A stretch of 64,000 bases of DNA from the human T2T-CHM13v2.0 reference genome, Homo sapiens: the NCBI RefSeq assembly GCF_009914755.1, contig NC_060935.1; one strand, written 5' to 3'. Both the position numbers and the translations under genes were made by a program. Positions 17,272 to 30,504 of this stretch are shown here, piece after piece (within the stretch, counting starts at the first letter, position 1; every line of letters begins with the position of its first letter). The notes beneath the pieces were generated by a model. That model saw only the letters and a program-made list of their open reading frames with translations, did not search any database and was not told where the DNA came from.

Positions 17272-17624
17272 TGTTATGGAATGAATGTGTGCATTCCCCC
17301 AAAATTCCTATGCTGAAATCCTAACCCTCAATATGATGGTGTTAAGAGGTGGAGACTGTGGGCGATAATTAGGTCAGGAGGGTGGAACCCTCGTGATTGG
17401 ATTGGTAACCTTAACCCAGAGAGCTCCCTTGCTGGTTTTCCACCACGCAGGGATACAAGAAGAAGTGGGCAGTCTGCAGCCCAAAAGAGGCTCCCACCAG
17501 CCCCTGCCCATGCCGGCAGCCTGATCTCAGATTTCCAGCCCCCGGAACTGGGAGAAATTAATGTCTGTTTATATGCCATCCACCTTATGGTATTTTGTTA
17601 TAACAGTTTAAGCTGACCAAAATA
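17272..17624 (+). mobile_element. MLT1A-type MaLR LTR inserted in a MIR (17195-17760)
   Basis: tgttatggaatgaatgtgtg...gctgaaatcctaaccc...tggtattttgttataacag; MIR halves on both sides. Confidence 0.85.
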
Positions 17625-18099
17625 CTGGGTAACCTTGGGCAAATTACTTAACCTCTCTGAACCTCAGTTTTCCCATAACACCTACGTAAGAGAATTGCAG
17701 TGACAATAAATGATTGAGTTGATCTTCACATAGAGAACAGTGCCTGGCACACAGCATTACCATATCAGTGTTTTTAAATAAAATCCTTACCTAGATTGAC
17801 AAATAGTCACCCATGTACCCACGTGCCCTCCTGTACTCATGTATTAGTTGTCACGTGGGTGCTTACACTTCCACTGGGGGAAAGCAATTTCTGCTGCCCT
17901 TTCCATAGTAAGCCCTTGAATGCTTTCATCTCAATGAAGCTTTGCTGTAGGGTCCTTTATGGGGCACACTTGAGGTCCTGTTGTCCATGTTGGTATCTCC
18001 TAAGATGATCACCTTTAACGTGCTTGGATTGCTGACATTGTTGCCTCAGCATGCCTAGCCTAGCATTCTCTTTGCTCTTCTCACTGTCTCTGCTTCCTC

Positions 18100-18330
18100 C
18101 CGGCTCTCAGACTGTTGCTGCAGCCTCCTAACAGACTTCCCTGCCTCCAGTCTCTGCCACCAGTTCATCCACAGCCCCGGGACACATTAAAATCTTCCTT
18201 CAGCAACGCTGTGAACATCATTCTCACCCACCCCCTTCTACTCAGAACCCTCCACTCCCCTCATCACTGTGCATAAAGTAGTGTTCAAATTCCTTAGCTT
18301 GACTATTCAGACCCCCATAGTTGACCTTAG
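18100..18330 (+). mobile_element. L2 fragment
   Basis: cagcctcctaacagacttccctgcctccagtctc. Confidence 0.55.
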
Positions 18331-18770
18331 CCTCATGATCTCACTTTACTTCCCTCAACTTGACTTTCAAATTTTTTTTTTTTTTTTTTTGCAGTCTAGT
18401 CATTGCCTCAACACCAGTCATTCCTACTCCCACCCAGACAACATCATCTCCACTCCCAAGCCCGAAATGCTCCCTGCCATGCCTTCAAGGCTGAGGTCTG
18501 GGAAGAAGACTCTAAGAAGAGAGAAAAGGGCACCAGTATGGAGACCCTAGAATATAAAAAGCAGACTTAGCCTGTCTAACCTGTTCCTTGACTTGGCCAT
18601 GATCCCAGGAATGGAGGAAGGATCTTCCTTTTCTTCCTCCTCCTGGAGAGGCATCAGAGCATGGGCCCTGGCTCTGTTACTCCCTGGCTGGGGAAGTTAC
18701 TTACCTACTCCGTGTCTCAGTTTTACTTATCTCTAAAAGGGGTAGAGTAACAGCACTCACTGGAGTGGAG

Positions 18771-20655
18771 TGTGGTTATGCCTCCCAGCCTCTCCTTCAG
18801 AACTAGGTTACTTATTCCCTCAGCTGCAAGGAGTGTTAGCTGCGGACTGCTCACAACGGAGTCTCTTCTAGGGATTGCCCTCAACCGAAGGAAGCTGCAT
18901 TGCCCAAGATGAGATCCCCTCGCTGGGGCATCCTGCATCCAATGACAAGTCAGTGGGGCGTACGAAGGCCTGGCTTCCTCATCTCGATTGGACATCTCCA
19001 AAGGGCCATCCCAGTTTCTGATCTCCCCGTAGAATCTCCTGAAGCCTCTGTTGTGACTGCATCAGAGCCCAACCTCTCTCTCTACCCAATCCAGTCTCCT
19101 TTCCTTCTCACAGGTGTTGTTCCCAAAACTCAGTAAACTGCCTACACGCAAATCTCTGCTTCTGAGTCTGTTTCCCAGGAAACCTGACCTACAACAGCAG
19201 TTAGTTGGCCTAAGACAGCAGTCTCAGAAATGGGATTTGGGAGCTGTGCTGCTCACCGGCTGACTGGTTCTGAGGACCCCATTACGAACAGTAGGTGGAA
19301 CAGTGGCAGCCCCCAGCATGCGGTTAGGGTGCAATTGCTAACACTTTCGCTGGTGATGAGCTGGCATGGGATACAGGTAGATATTAATGTACTAGGGGCT
19401 GCAGCACATCAAGCACTTGAGAGGTTCTGGATAAATAGCATTTGTAAAGACTGTAGAATGAGATGGCCGTTGCTGGGGGTGGTGGGTGCATAGTTTCATT
19501 GCAGAAAGACAATGAAAGGCCCAGAATGATTAATTACCAATATAAGGCAAAGTGTAAGCGCTTGAGGATATCTTTGGTAGTGTATAAAGAGACTGATCTC
19601 CTGTACTGGAGGGCAGAGAAAACTAAGGATCAAGCCCAGAACTTAAATTATAAAAGCGATGAGACTCCAAAGAAGAGTGAATTCTCAAGTGCAGCAGATC
19701 TGCTATACCAAGGTCAGGGACCTGATCGGGAAGAATGGGACCCTGAGACCCTCATGAGGATGTAGTCGAGGTATTGGTTGAAAGCATATGCTTTTAAGCT
19801 CATGCTCATGGCTGTTGCAGGCCTTAAATCTGCTTCCAAGCTCATTCCTGCAGTTGCTGATAGACCTTGGTAAATCACCATGTGTTCTGTGTGTCCTCGC
19901 AACATAGCAGGTAGTGATGAGAGACAGACAGAGAGAGAGATCCAAGATGAGAGCCATAGTCTTTTTGTACCCTAATCTTGGAAGCGCCATTCCATCACAT
20001 CTGCCATTTTCTATTCATTAAAAAGGAGCCACCAAGTCTAGTCCACACTCAAAGGGAGAAGAATACCCAGGGAGTGAATGTCAGGAAGCAGGGATCATTG
20101 GGGATCGTCTTAGAGGCTGCCTACCACAACCTCATAGACCTTTCCAGGTTCTGGAAAAAGCATGTAGCACACTTGAGAATATTATTCCAACCCATTTACT
20201 TAGTGACAAGGAAAGTTGTCACTAAGAGGGCCCAGGGCAAGAAAGGGCTCCACAGCGGGCATAAGCTGTGGTGCAAGTGGCTCTGTGGCATCTATGGTGG
20301 GAAAAGACTTGGGTCATCTACTTTGTGGGCAAAGAAAAGTGGCCTGAGGTAAGAATATATACAGAATCATGGGCAGGAGTTATTGGCTTGATTTGTTGGT
20401 CAAGGGTCTGGAGAGAGAAAGATTGGAAAATTAGGGACAAGGTGATCTGGGAAAGAGATAGGTGGATGAATCTATGGGACTGTGCACAGGTGTGAAGATC
20501 TTTACACATGAGATCTCTGCCATAACTGCGGAACAGTTCAGCTCCCTCTGCCTAATCTGGTGTCCTTTGCCCTCCACAGATTTTGTTCCTGAGAGCATCC
20601 CCACTTCCTGCATGCAAATCTCTTCCTAAATATCTGTTTTCCATAGAACCTAACA
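18771..20655 (+). mobile_element. Internally deleted ERVL provirus (LTR16 / ERV3-16A3- or HERV16-like) inside a MIR
   Basis: 5' LTR 18771-19196; gag remnant ending EEWDPET; pol remnants FWKKHVAHLRILFQPIYLVTRK and KWPEVRIYTESWA...WKIRDKVIW; partial 3' LTR 20515-20655. Confidence 0.8.
19762..20128 (-). mobile_element. MLT1F-type MaLR LTR fragment within the ERVL
   Basis: Reverse complement starts tgtggtaggcagcctctaagacgatccccaatgatccctg, the same family as the copy at 58898. Confidence 0.75.
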
Positions 20656-20915
20656 CTTCCCACACAGAGTCATTATAAGAATTAAATGAATGAGTATCTG
20701 GAAAAGGTTTGGAAGAGTGCCCGGCACACAGTAAGCACTGTGTAAGTGTTTACTGTTATTACCCTTTCCAATACTCTGTAGTGCCCTGCTCTCATTCCTC
20801 AAACCTAGATTAGTTCTCTTACAGCCAAACATCAGTATTCCACTATGTAGTCCATGTCACGCTGGTGATAACTGAAGAGATTTTAGGTATTTTAAGAAGT
20901 ATGCTGACATGTTTT

Positions 20916-21226
<311 letters not shown>

Positions 21227-21234
21227 TTAAATTG

Positions 21235-22392
21235 TTTTAATTTCTTTAAGTAAAAAAATAATTTTAGATTCGGGAGGGTTGCAAGGAAATATGCAAGGAA
21301 GTCCTATGCACCCTACTCCCAATCTCCTCCAATGTTAACATCTTACAACAGTTGTACTATATCAAAACTAAGAAGTTGGTACTGGTACAATCCATAGAAC
21401 TTATTTGGATTTGGCCAGGTGTGGTGGCTCATGCCTGTAATCCCAGCACTTTGGGAGGCCTAGGTGGGCAGATCATCTGAGGTCAGAAGTTCAAGACCAG
21501 CCTGGTCAACATGGTGAAACCGCGTCTCTACTAAAAATACAAAAATTAGCTGGGCATGGTGGCGCACACCTTTAGTCCCAGCTACTCAGGAGGCTGAGGC
21601 AGGAAAATCGCTTGAACCTGGGAGGCAGGGGTTGTGGTGAGCTGAGATTGCACCACTCCACTCCAGCCTGGGCAACAGAGAAAGACTCTGTCTCAAAAAA
21701 AAAAAAAAAAAACTCACTTGGATTTCATCAGTTTTACATGCACTCATTTGTGTGTGTATGTGTAGTTGTAGGTGATTTTTATCAATATGTGCAGCCTTTC
21801 ACAACTACCACCCAAATTGAGATACTCAGCTATGCCATAACCTCAACACTCCCTTGGTTACCCTTCTATAATCACACCCTTCCTCTCCCCCTCATCCCTA
21901 AACTCTGCTCTCCTTTTCTAAAGTTTTACCCTTTTAAAAATACATCAATGGAATCATATAGTCTGTAACCTTTTGAGACTGGCTTTTTTTCACTGAGCAT
22001 AATTTCCTTCAGGTTCTTCTACATTGTTGCATGTATTAATAGTTCATTCCTTTTTATTGCTGAGTAGTATTCCAAGGTATGGATGTACCACAGTTAGCCA
22101 TTCACATATTGAAGGACATTTGGGTTAATTTCCAGTTTTCTGGTTATTCTGAATGCTGCTATGCATATTCATGTACAAGTTCCTACAAGAAAACATCTTC
22201 TTTTTTCTGAAATAAATGTCCAAAAGTGTAATTGCTGTGTTGTATGGTAAGTCCATTTTTAGTTTTGAAAAGAAACTGCCAAACTATTTTCCCAAATGGC
22301 GCTATCATTTTACATTCCCACCAGCAACGTATGAGAGATCCAGTTTCTCTACATCCTTACCAGGATTTAATATTATCACTATTTTCCATTTT
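21235..22392 (-). mobile_element. L1MB/L1MC 3' region, split by an Alu
   Basis: atggaatcatatagtctgtaaccttttgagactggc...ttttacattcccaccagcaacgtatgag. Confidence 0.85.
21413..21712 (+). mobile_element. AluS
   Basis: Full dimer; TSD-like aact..ttggattt. Confidence 0.96.
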
Positions 22393-22924
22393 AGCTGAAC
22401 TTACTCATATGGCTAGCTTATATTTATGGCAAATAATACTGGTTTTGCTTTTATAGCAGTGATATAACACTTTATTTTAAAACAAAATTCTTTAAGTGTT
22501 AAAAAATAAGTTGAATCAAAGGAGAATATTAAGTAAATAAAAGTTCCAGTGCACATGTTGATGGCAAAAATCATGAACTCAGTGCATTAATGTGTGATGT
22601 TTGGGAAACCCTACCACAGTGTATCTATATTATGAGTTAAATTTGTGGCTCAGCCACAATGTATTTGTGGCCCAACAATTTTGTTTATGTAAAAATATTC
22701 CAAACAATTGATCCACAATGAAATTTGGGGAAATATAACTGTATTTTGAAAGCTTATCCCACTAACTTGTATTGCTTTATTCTTTTGGAGTATGTTCTAT
22801 ATTATCTACTGAACTGGAAACACCACAAAAGCAGACATCCTGTCTTATAACTCTTATAACTCAGCACCTAGCACATCAATAAGTGCTTCGTGACTACTTC
22901 CATGTGTGGTAGGAATCCCTGAGA

Positions 22925-23348
22925 ATATTTGAAATTGCTTATGATGATAGATTGCTACATTGGCAGCCCCAGTGAACCATGACTCCTGGTAGTCAGGCCC
23001 TTGTGGAATACATTCCAATCCTGACTCTACAGTTATCCAGAGTCTTGGACAGTAGCAAGTGTGATACAGACCGAGGCTTATGGTTTGCACACCCTCTTGC
23101 ATGCAAGCTATCCTAATGGAGAGAGAGAGGCCACATGGAGTTGCACTAGAGACACCACAAGCGAGAGAGGCCACGCAGTGGAGAATCAAGGTCCCCAGTC
23201 AAGTTCTCAACTCAATGTAGGCTCATGAGAGACCCCAGCCAACAGCATGTGGAGAAAAGCTCCCCAGTCAGCCATGAGAAATCAATCATTTTTGTTTTAA
23301 TCTATTAAGTTCTGACATGGTTGGTTACATAGCAATAGATAACAGATA
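22925..23348 (+). mobile_element. MLT1H-type MaLR LTR
   Basis: cagtgaaccatgactcctggt...ggttggttacatagcaatagataac. Confidence 0.65.
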
Positions 23349-23576
23349 TACTTATGCTGCCTAGGCTAGGAGAAGGAGATCCTTTAGTAATTCGATTAAT
23401 TAGTCCATGATGATGGATTTTGGATAGGTGTGAAAAACTGAGAGGACCTAACCAGAGGAAAAACAAAAGGAGGACAGAAAAGAATACAGTCAGGATGGGC
23501 TTATTTATTTTAAAAGGTCAGGATGTTTAAATCAAAGAATCGTGACATTTAGCAGCCTAAAATACTTCATGATCAC

Positions 23577-23765
23577 AGGATGGCTAACATATGACCTAAA
23601 TGCAGCCTATGCTCTCTTCTGGGCTCATGCAGACATCACTAAGTGATCACAGAGCTCTTTCCTACTGAACTCAGCATAGCTTTTGAATCCTTGTCCACAC
23701 AGCCCTCCTGACAGGCACTAATCAATTAGCTAGGTTGGCAAAGAATGTGGTACCAATCTCCACCT
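23577..23765. mobile_element. MER102-like hAT transposon
   Basis: gcagacatcactaagtgatcacagagctctttcctactga...gaatccttgtccacacag. Confidence 0.55.
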
Positions 23766-23889
23766 CCAATCTCTGCCATTATATTTATCAATAAAAGAAT
23801 CCAGGACTTAAGAGGTTTATTTGCAGAGATAGTCACAGAGCTAGTAAGCAACAGAGTTAGGATTAAATCTCAGGACTCCTGAAAAGCTT

Positions 23890-24110
23890 TGGAATTGGTC
23901 AAGTTAAGTTTCAAGACTTGGCTCTGCCACTTGTCAGCTATGTGATCTAGCTTAGATAAATTATTTAACCTCTCTGTTGCTCAATTTCCTCATCTGCAAA
24001 CAAGGATACTACTTCTACCTCACAAAGTTGCTATGCAAATTAAATGGGCTCATACACTCAATGGGAAAGGGCTTGCCGCCACACCTAACACAGAGTGGGC
24101 TCTCAGAGCG
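23890..24110 (+). mobile_element. MIR
   Basis: ttggctctgccacttg...tttaacctctctgttgctcaatttcctcatctgcaaa. Confidence 0.75.
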
Positions 24111-24376
24111 CACTAATTTCCTGACAAATATCAACGAGTGCCTGGAGGGAAGAGTTCAGTGCTGTAAATCTGGCCCATGAGAGCGAGCAAAGGGAAACTC
24201 AACAAACTTTGTCTATGGCAGAGAAGGTGTGTGGTTGGCACTGAAACCAGCAGGCAAGACCAGAGAGTAAAGAAGCAAAAGTGGGCAAGAGGCACCCATG
24301 AGTAAGTCTGTGTTCTCTGTATGTTGGGGGTTGGGGTAGCAACGACTTGTGCTTTCATCTACCCATGCCATTCCCT

Positions 24377-24474
24377 ATTTCATCATAATTGTCAAATGAC
24401 TTTACTATTTATCTAACATACAAGAATTTCATCATAATTGTCAAATGGCTTTACTATTTATTTAAAATATGAGA
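24377..24474. repeat. 49-bp tandem duplication (2 copies)
   Basis: atttcatcataattgtcaaatg(a/g)ctttactatttat... repeated, 44/49 identical. Confidence 0.9.
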
Positions 24475-24889
24475 CTTAGGAGGCCTGAAACAACATGGAA
24501 GTCTTGACCATCACCAAACTTTCTGAGCAAAGCAAAAAGCTGTTTTCCAAATTTGGGTCTCATTCTTCCCACCTGGACACCCCTACAGCTCCATTAAGAC
24601 ACCTGAGCCTCCTTGTTCTCCCCTCCTCTAGTCCTTGAGGAGCACCTCAAAAGACCCATTCTACTCACATCTTCCTCAACCTGAACCTTCCTCTGATTTG
24701 CTGAAGGGCCTTGCCAGCTCCCACATCCGTGACAGGCCATGAGGTCCCAGGCAAGAAGCCAGCAAGCTAACATTGACCCACTGACCACGGAGAGCACCAC
24801 AGCACACTCACAAGCCCCAGCCTGTCTTCACAGAAGAGGGTCCAGTCTTGCTGAAGGAGGCCAGGCTTTCCATAATTCTTCCCTACTCC

Positions 24890-25318
24890 AGGCAGGACTC
24901 TTTGGTTGCAAGCAACAGAAACAAATCTTCACTAACTTAAGCAAAAGGATGTATTGGGAGAATGGGCCAACCCACAGAATCCAGAGACAGCTGAGAATGG
25001 GGCTGGAAAAGCTGGGAACAATTGGCTCCTATTCCAGAGATGTCCTGGAATAGGAGCTAATCAGCCACCTTGGTAGGAAATTGCTTCTTACACAACCTTC
25101 TTGTATCCCTCTGCCATTTAAGTTCAGATCTCAACTCCTTGAATCTGATTGGTTTGGCTTGAGTAAAATGCCCTCTCCTTCACCATGTTGACTGACAGCC
25201 CAACTAAGACTGCAACCAATAGGACACAAGTAATTGTCCAAAACTGAAATTGGGGTTGTTACCAAAAGAAGGTAGCATGGATGCTGGGCAGCCAAAAACT
25301 ACACATGTCCAAAACACA
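24890..25318 (-). mobile_element. Old MLT1 (J/K/L-type) LTR
   Basis: ggactctttggttgcaagcaacagaaac...ggatgctgggcagccaaaa. Confidence 0.65.
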
Positions 25319-26119
25319 CCTAGTCTCTCCCCACTTAAACAATTCATTTTAACCATCAAGATTCCAGGTGCTGTGTATGAATAAAAGGTATCAGAACTGT
25401 AAACTAAAGCTGGTGATAAACAGTACAGAAATCAACTGGAGGGCTCTCAGCTTGAAGAGGAATTGGGCTTCTTGGGTCAGAAGATCTGAGGTCTTCTAGT
25501 TCTAGCACTGCCACTAACTGTGACCTGCCTTTCTTCATCCAAGCAACGAGCTAACCAGTGACCTGTCCAGCAGGTCATTATAAGCATCAAAATAGATTAT
25601 GCACTTAAAGGCACTTTGAAGGCTATAAAACATGCAAAGTTGAGGAATCTTATCAGTCTGTTTGGGTTTTTATAAATTTTTTTTTAAGATCACATGATAT
25701 TGACTACTTAACCTGAGATTATGTTTGGCCAGAAGCAGTGCAGTTCTGACCTTAGCTGGCAGACAGGCTGCAGTGAAGCGAGGCAGAGGAGAGAGTCCTG
25801 CAGGTAATGCAGTGAGCGGTCTTATTTCAGCCTATTTTGCAATGCAATTATCTTGAGGAAATATTAGGATGCAGCTCATAGAGAGTTCTTCCTAACTCAG
25901 AAAAATCAACTCCAGTGAGAGCCAAGAAATAGAAAACTGTCAGAGTGTAGGTAATAGCCATTTGGAAGAATGCATCAGATATTCAATATTCAACACGGAA
26001 TTGAGTGGCAATGTAGTATAGTCATTCGGAACACGGGCTCTGAGTCAGGAAAACCTGAGTTTGAACCGTGACCACAACCATTCCTTGACTCATCTAGATA
26101 AGTACAATAATAATCCATA

Positions 26120-26750
26120 AAGTAAATAGTTATTGAGGACTTATCATATGCACTGAGGTTACAACAGGGAGCAATACAGATTAAAAACCCTGGTCCTCAT
26201 GAGCCTTACATTCTGGTGAGGGAAAAAATTAAGTTCTTTTTAAAGTAAATTATATGGTGAATCAGAGAGTGATAAATACTATGGAGAAAATAAAGCAGGG
26301 GAAGAAGCCCAGGGGTGATTGTGAAGGAGTTACTAGAATCTGTAGGGGGATTAGGGAAAACCTCACTATGATGATGACATTTGAATCAAGAGCCAAGAGA
26401 AGGGAAGAACTGGACTATGCAGGAGCCTAGGGGAAGATCATTCCAGGCAGAGGGAAAAGTTTAAGTGCACAGGTCTGGCAATGAGAGCATATCTGGTTCA
26501 AGGATTGGCAAGGCAGACAGTATGGCTGGAGGAGATCTTGTTATTGGAGAGAAGGAGCTCCAGGCAGAGTGTTGGAGATGGGGCAGGTATGTAGGGGCTG
26601 GTAGGCCCAGTACTTTGGCTTTTGCTTTGAGTGACCTGGGGAGCCACTGGACAGTTTTGAGCAGGAAAGTAACATAATCTAATTTATATTTTAAAGGCAT
26701 ATTTGAGCTGCTATGCTGTGGAGGAGGCTATCGCAAAAATACAGATGAGA
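26120..26750 (-). mobile_element. L2, resuming at 35372-35510 after the L1 insertion
   Basis: attgaggacttatcatatgc...ttccaggcagaggg...gggagccactggacagttttgagcagg. Confidence 0.85.
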
Positions 26751-28211
26751 CTTCTGGTTTCTGACCCAGCATGTAAGGAATTTGGAAGTCACCACTATGT
26801 CTTAACAAGTAAAAAGCTGAACAAACTGAAAAATCCACAACGCTTCTTAGATCTATTAGAAAAGTAAAGTCATGGAGAAAGCTCCTAGTCCTAAAATTTG
26901 GAGAGACAAACAGGCAAATATAGAGCTGAAACCTCAGCAGGAACCAGTGCCAGGAATGGAAAACCTAAAGTGTAATTGATGAATTACTAGAGGCTCAATG
27001 TGGACAAGTCTGAGAGTTAAACACTCCAGGGAACCCAGTCACAGAAGGGTACCTACACTTTTTTGAGCTTTACTTCTGGGAGTTCTACCAGCTTCCCATA
27101 ATGAATAGTGGAGAAAAATCCCCTCATGCATTTGGAAAAGGTGAGGGGGAAGTAACCATTTTGAAATCCTCCAAGGCACCCTATTCTTCTAACAAAGCCT
27201 GCCCTCAAGAGGAACTATGTTACCAGAGCTTAAACTATTAGATATTTTTCAGAGCCTAACTGACCCAGAGGAAGAAAAATAAATACCCAGCTCCAGCCCA
27301 CTGTAGCCATCCTCTTCCATCTAATGTTGGCAGGTGGGGCTGGGGGTGGAGACTGAGAAGCACTTGTGAAGTTCAGTCTAGAGGCACAGAACAGAAAAGA
27401 GTGAGACCTAATCATAGGGCTATAGAATGTTTCCCCTCCCCCAACATCTGACCATTACACTAGTAAAGACCTATTTACCACTTTTCCTTTTACCCAGTAC
27501 ATCATGTCTGACTATGAAGTAAAAGTTACAAGGCATATTAAAAGGCAAAAAACACAGCTTGAAGAGAAAGAGCAAGCATCAAAACTAAACTCAAATACAG
27601 CAGGGATGTTGGCTTATCAGACCGAGAACTGAAAACAACTATGATAAAGATGCTAAGGACTCTAATGGATAAAGTAGACAACATTCAAGAACAGATGGCA
27701 ATGTACGCAGAGAGATGAACATTCTAAGAAAGCGTCAAAAAAATACTAGAGGTCAAAAACACTGTAATAGAAATGAAGAACGCCTGTGATGGGCTCATTA
27801 GCAGACTGGACATGACTGAGGAAAGAATCACTGAATTTGATATTTGATTAGAGGATATCAAAATAAAACTTTCCAAAATTGAAAAGCAAAGAGAGAAAAG
27901 ACTAAAAAAGGCAGAACAGAATATCCAAGAACTGTGGGACAACGACACAAGCTGCACCATATGCATGATGGGAATACTAGAAGGAGAAGAAGGGCAGAAT
28001 AGAACAGAAGAAATATTTGAACCAATAATGACCAAGGATTTCCCCCAAATTAGTGACATACACTAAATCACCTATCTAGGAAGCTCATAGAACACTAAGC
28101 AGGATAAATGCAAAAAAAAAAAAAAAAAAAAAACTAAAGCCACAAACAAACAAAGGCACCTAGACACATTATACTCAAACTGCAGAAAATCAAAGATACA
28201 GAAAAAAACCT

Positions 28212-28558
<347 letters not shown>

Positions 28559-28972
28559 TTAAAGATAAGAATTACATCTAACTTCTCCTCAGAAACCACA
28601 TAAGCAAGAAGAGAGTGGAGTGAAATATTTAGTGTTAAGAGAAAAAAAACTACCAAGAATTCTGTACCCTATGAAATTATCCTTCGAATGTGAAGGAAAA
28701 ATACTTCCTCAGACAAACTAAAATCACCAGTAGACCTTGCAAGAAATGTTAAAAGAAGTTCTTTAGAGAACAGAAAATCATATAAGCCAGAAACTTGGAT
28801 CTTCATAAAGAAAGAAGAACATCAGAGAAAGAATAAGTGAAGGTAAAAATAAAAATTTATTTTTCTTATTGTTAATTCATCTAACAGATAATAGTTGGTT
28901 CAAAATAATTATAGCAGCAATGTATTTGATATATATTTATGAATGCTTATGTATAAGTGAAAGATACGAGAG

Positions 28973-29362
28973 TGATGTGGTTGGGCTTTGTGTCCCCACC
29001 CAAATCTCATCTTGACTTCTAATTACTATAATCCCAATAATCTCCATATGTCAAGAGAGAGACAAGGTGGAGATAATTGAACCATGGGGTGGTTTCCCCC
29101 ATGCTGTTCTCGTGATAGTGAGTGAGTTCTCGCGAAATCTGATGGTTTTATAAGGGGCTCTTTACCCTTTGCTTGGCACTTCTCCTTCCTGCGAAAGAAG
29201 GAAGGTGAAGGTGCCTTGCTTCCCCTTCGCCTTCTGCCATGATCGTAAATTTCCTGAGGCCTCTGCAGTCATGCTCCACTGTGAGTCAATTAAACCTCTT
29301 TCCTTTATAAATTACCCAGTCTCAGGCAGTTCTTTATAGCAGTATGAAAATGGACTAATACA
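28973..29362 (+). mobile_element. THE1 (THE1D-like) solo LTR
   Basis: tgatgtggttgggctttgtgtccccacccaaatctc...cagttctttatagcagtatgaaaatggactaataca; TSD gagag/gatag. Confidence 0.92.
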
Positions 29363-30223
29363 GATAGCAATGATGCAAGGGATGGGAGGGAGGAATTAGG
29401 ACTATTTTAAGATACTTGCACTAGCTGTTAAGTGGTATAGGTTATATGAAAGCGGACTTGGATTAGTGATAAATGTACATTGCAATCTCAAGTACAGCCA
29501 CTAAAAATGAAAAAAAGAAGTATATAGAAAACAAGAGGCACTGAAAAAGAAGTATAACTGGTATGCTAATAAGGGAGAGAAAATGAAATTATATAAAATG
29601 CTAAATTAAAACCACAAAAGGCAAAAAAACAATGGAAGACAACATAGTAACAACAAACAAAGGCAATGAATAGAAAACAGTAACATATATGGTAGATATT
29701 AATCAATATCAATAATCACTTTAAGCATCAATAGTCTAAATATACCAACTGAAAGAGAAATTTTTAGAATGGATCAAAAACGAGACTCAACTATATGTTG
29801 CCTATAAGAAACCTGCTTTAAGTGTAAAGACACATATACACTAAAAGTAAATCGATGGAAAAACATACACCATGCTAACTCTAATCAAAAGAAAGCAGGA
29901 GTAGCTATATAATTCCAAACAGATACTTCAAAGCAAAGACAAATAAATAAATAAAAGTTATCAGGGGTAACGAGGGGCATTAAATAATGATAAAGAGAAT
30001 GATTTTCCAAGACAACACAAAAATCCTTAATGTTTTCACACCTAACAACTGAGTGTCTAAATGCATGAGGCAAAAACTGATAAAACTGCAAGGAGAAATA
30101 GATGAATCTACTATTATAATTGGAGACTTCAACACCCCTCTATCAGAAATGGACAGATCCAGCAGGCAGAAAATCAGAAAGGACATAATTGAACTCAACA
30201 GTACCATCAACCTCCTGTATATA

Positions 30224-30504
30224 CAGTCATGTGCCACTTAACAACAGGGATATGTTATGAGAAATGTGTTGTTAAGTAAACCTAGATGGTATAGCCCACT
30301 GTACATGTAGGCTATATGGTACAGCCTATTGCTCCTAGGTTACAAACCTGTATAGCAAGTTACTATAGGCAATTATAACACAATGGTAAATATTTGTGTA
30401 TCTAAACATATGTACATATGAAAAAGGTACAGTAAAAATATGGTATTATAGTCTTATGGGACCATCATTGTATATGTGGTCTGTTGTTATACAGTGTATG
30501 ATTG
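30224..30504. mobile_element. Tigger3a/MER7-like DNA transposon
   Basis: TA-flanked cagtcatgtgccacttaacaacaggg...gtatgattg. Confidence 0.8.

Noticed and set aside
19230-20495. gag/pol-like ORFs as a domesticated retroviral gene
   Set aside because: Short, frameshifted and interrupted by an MLT1 LTR.
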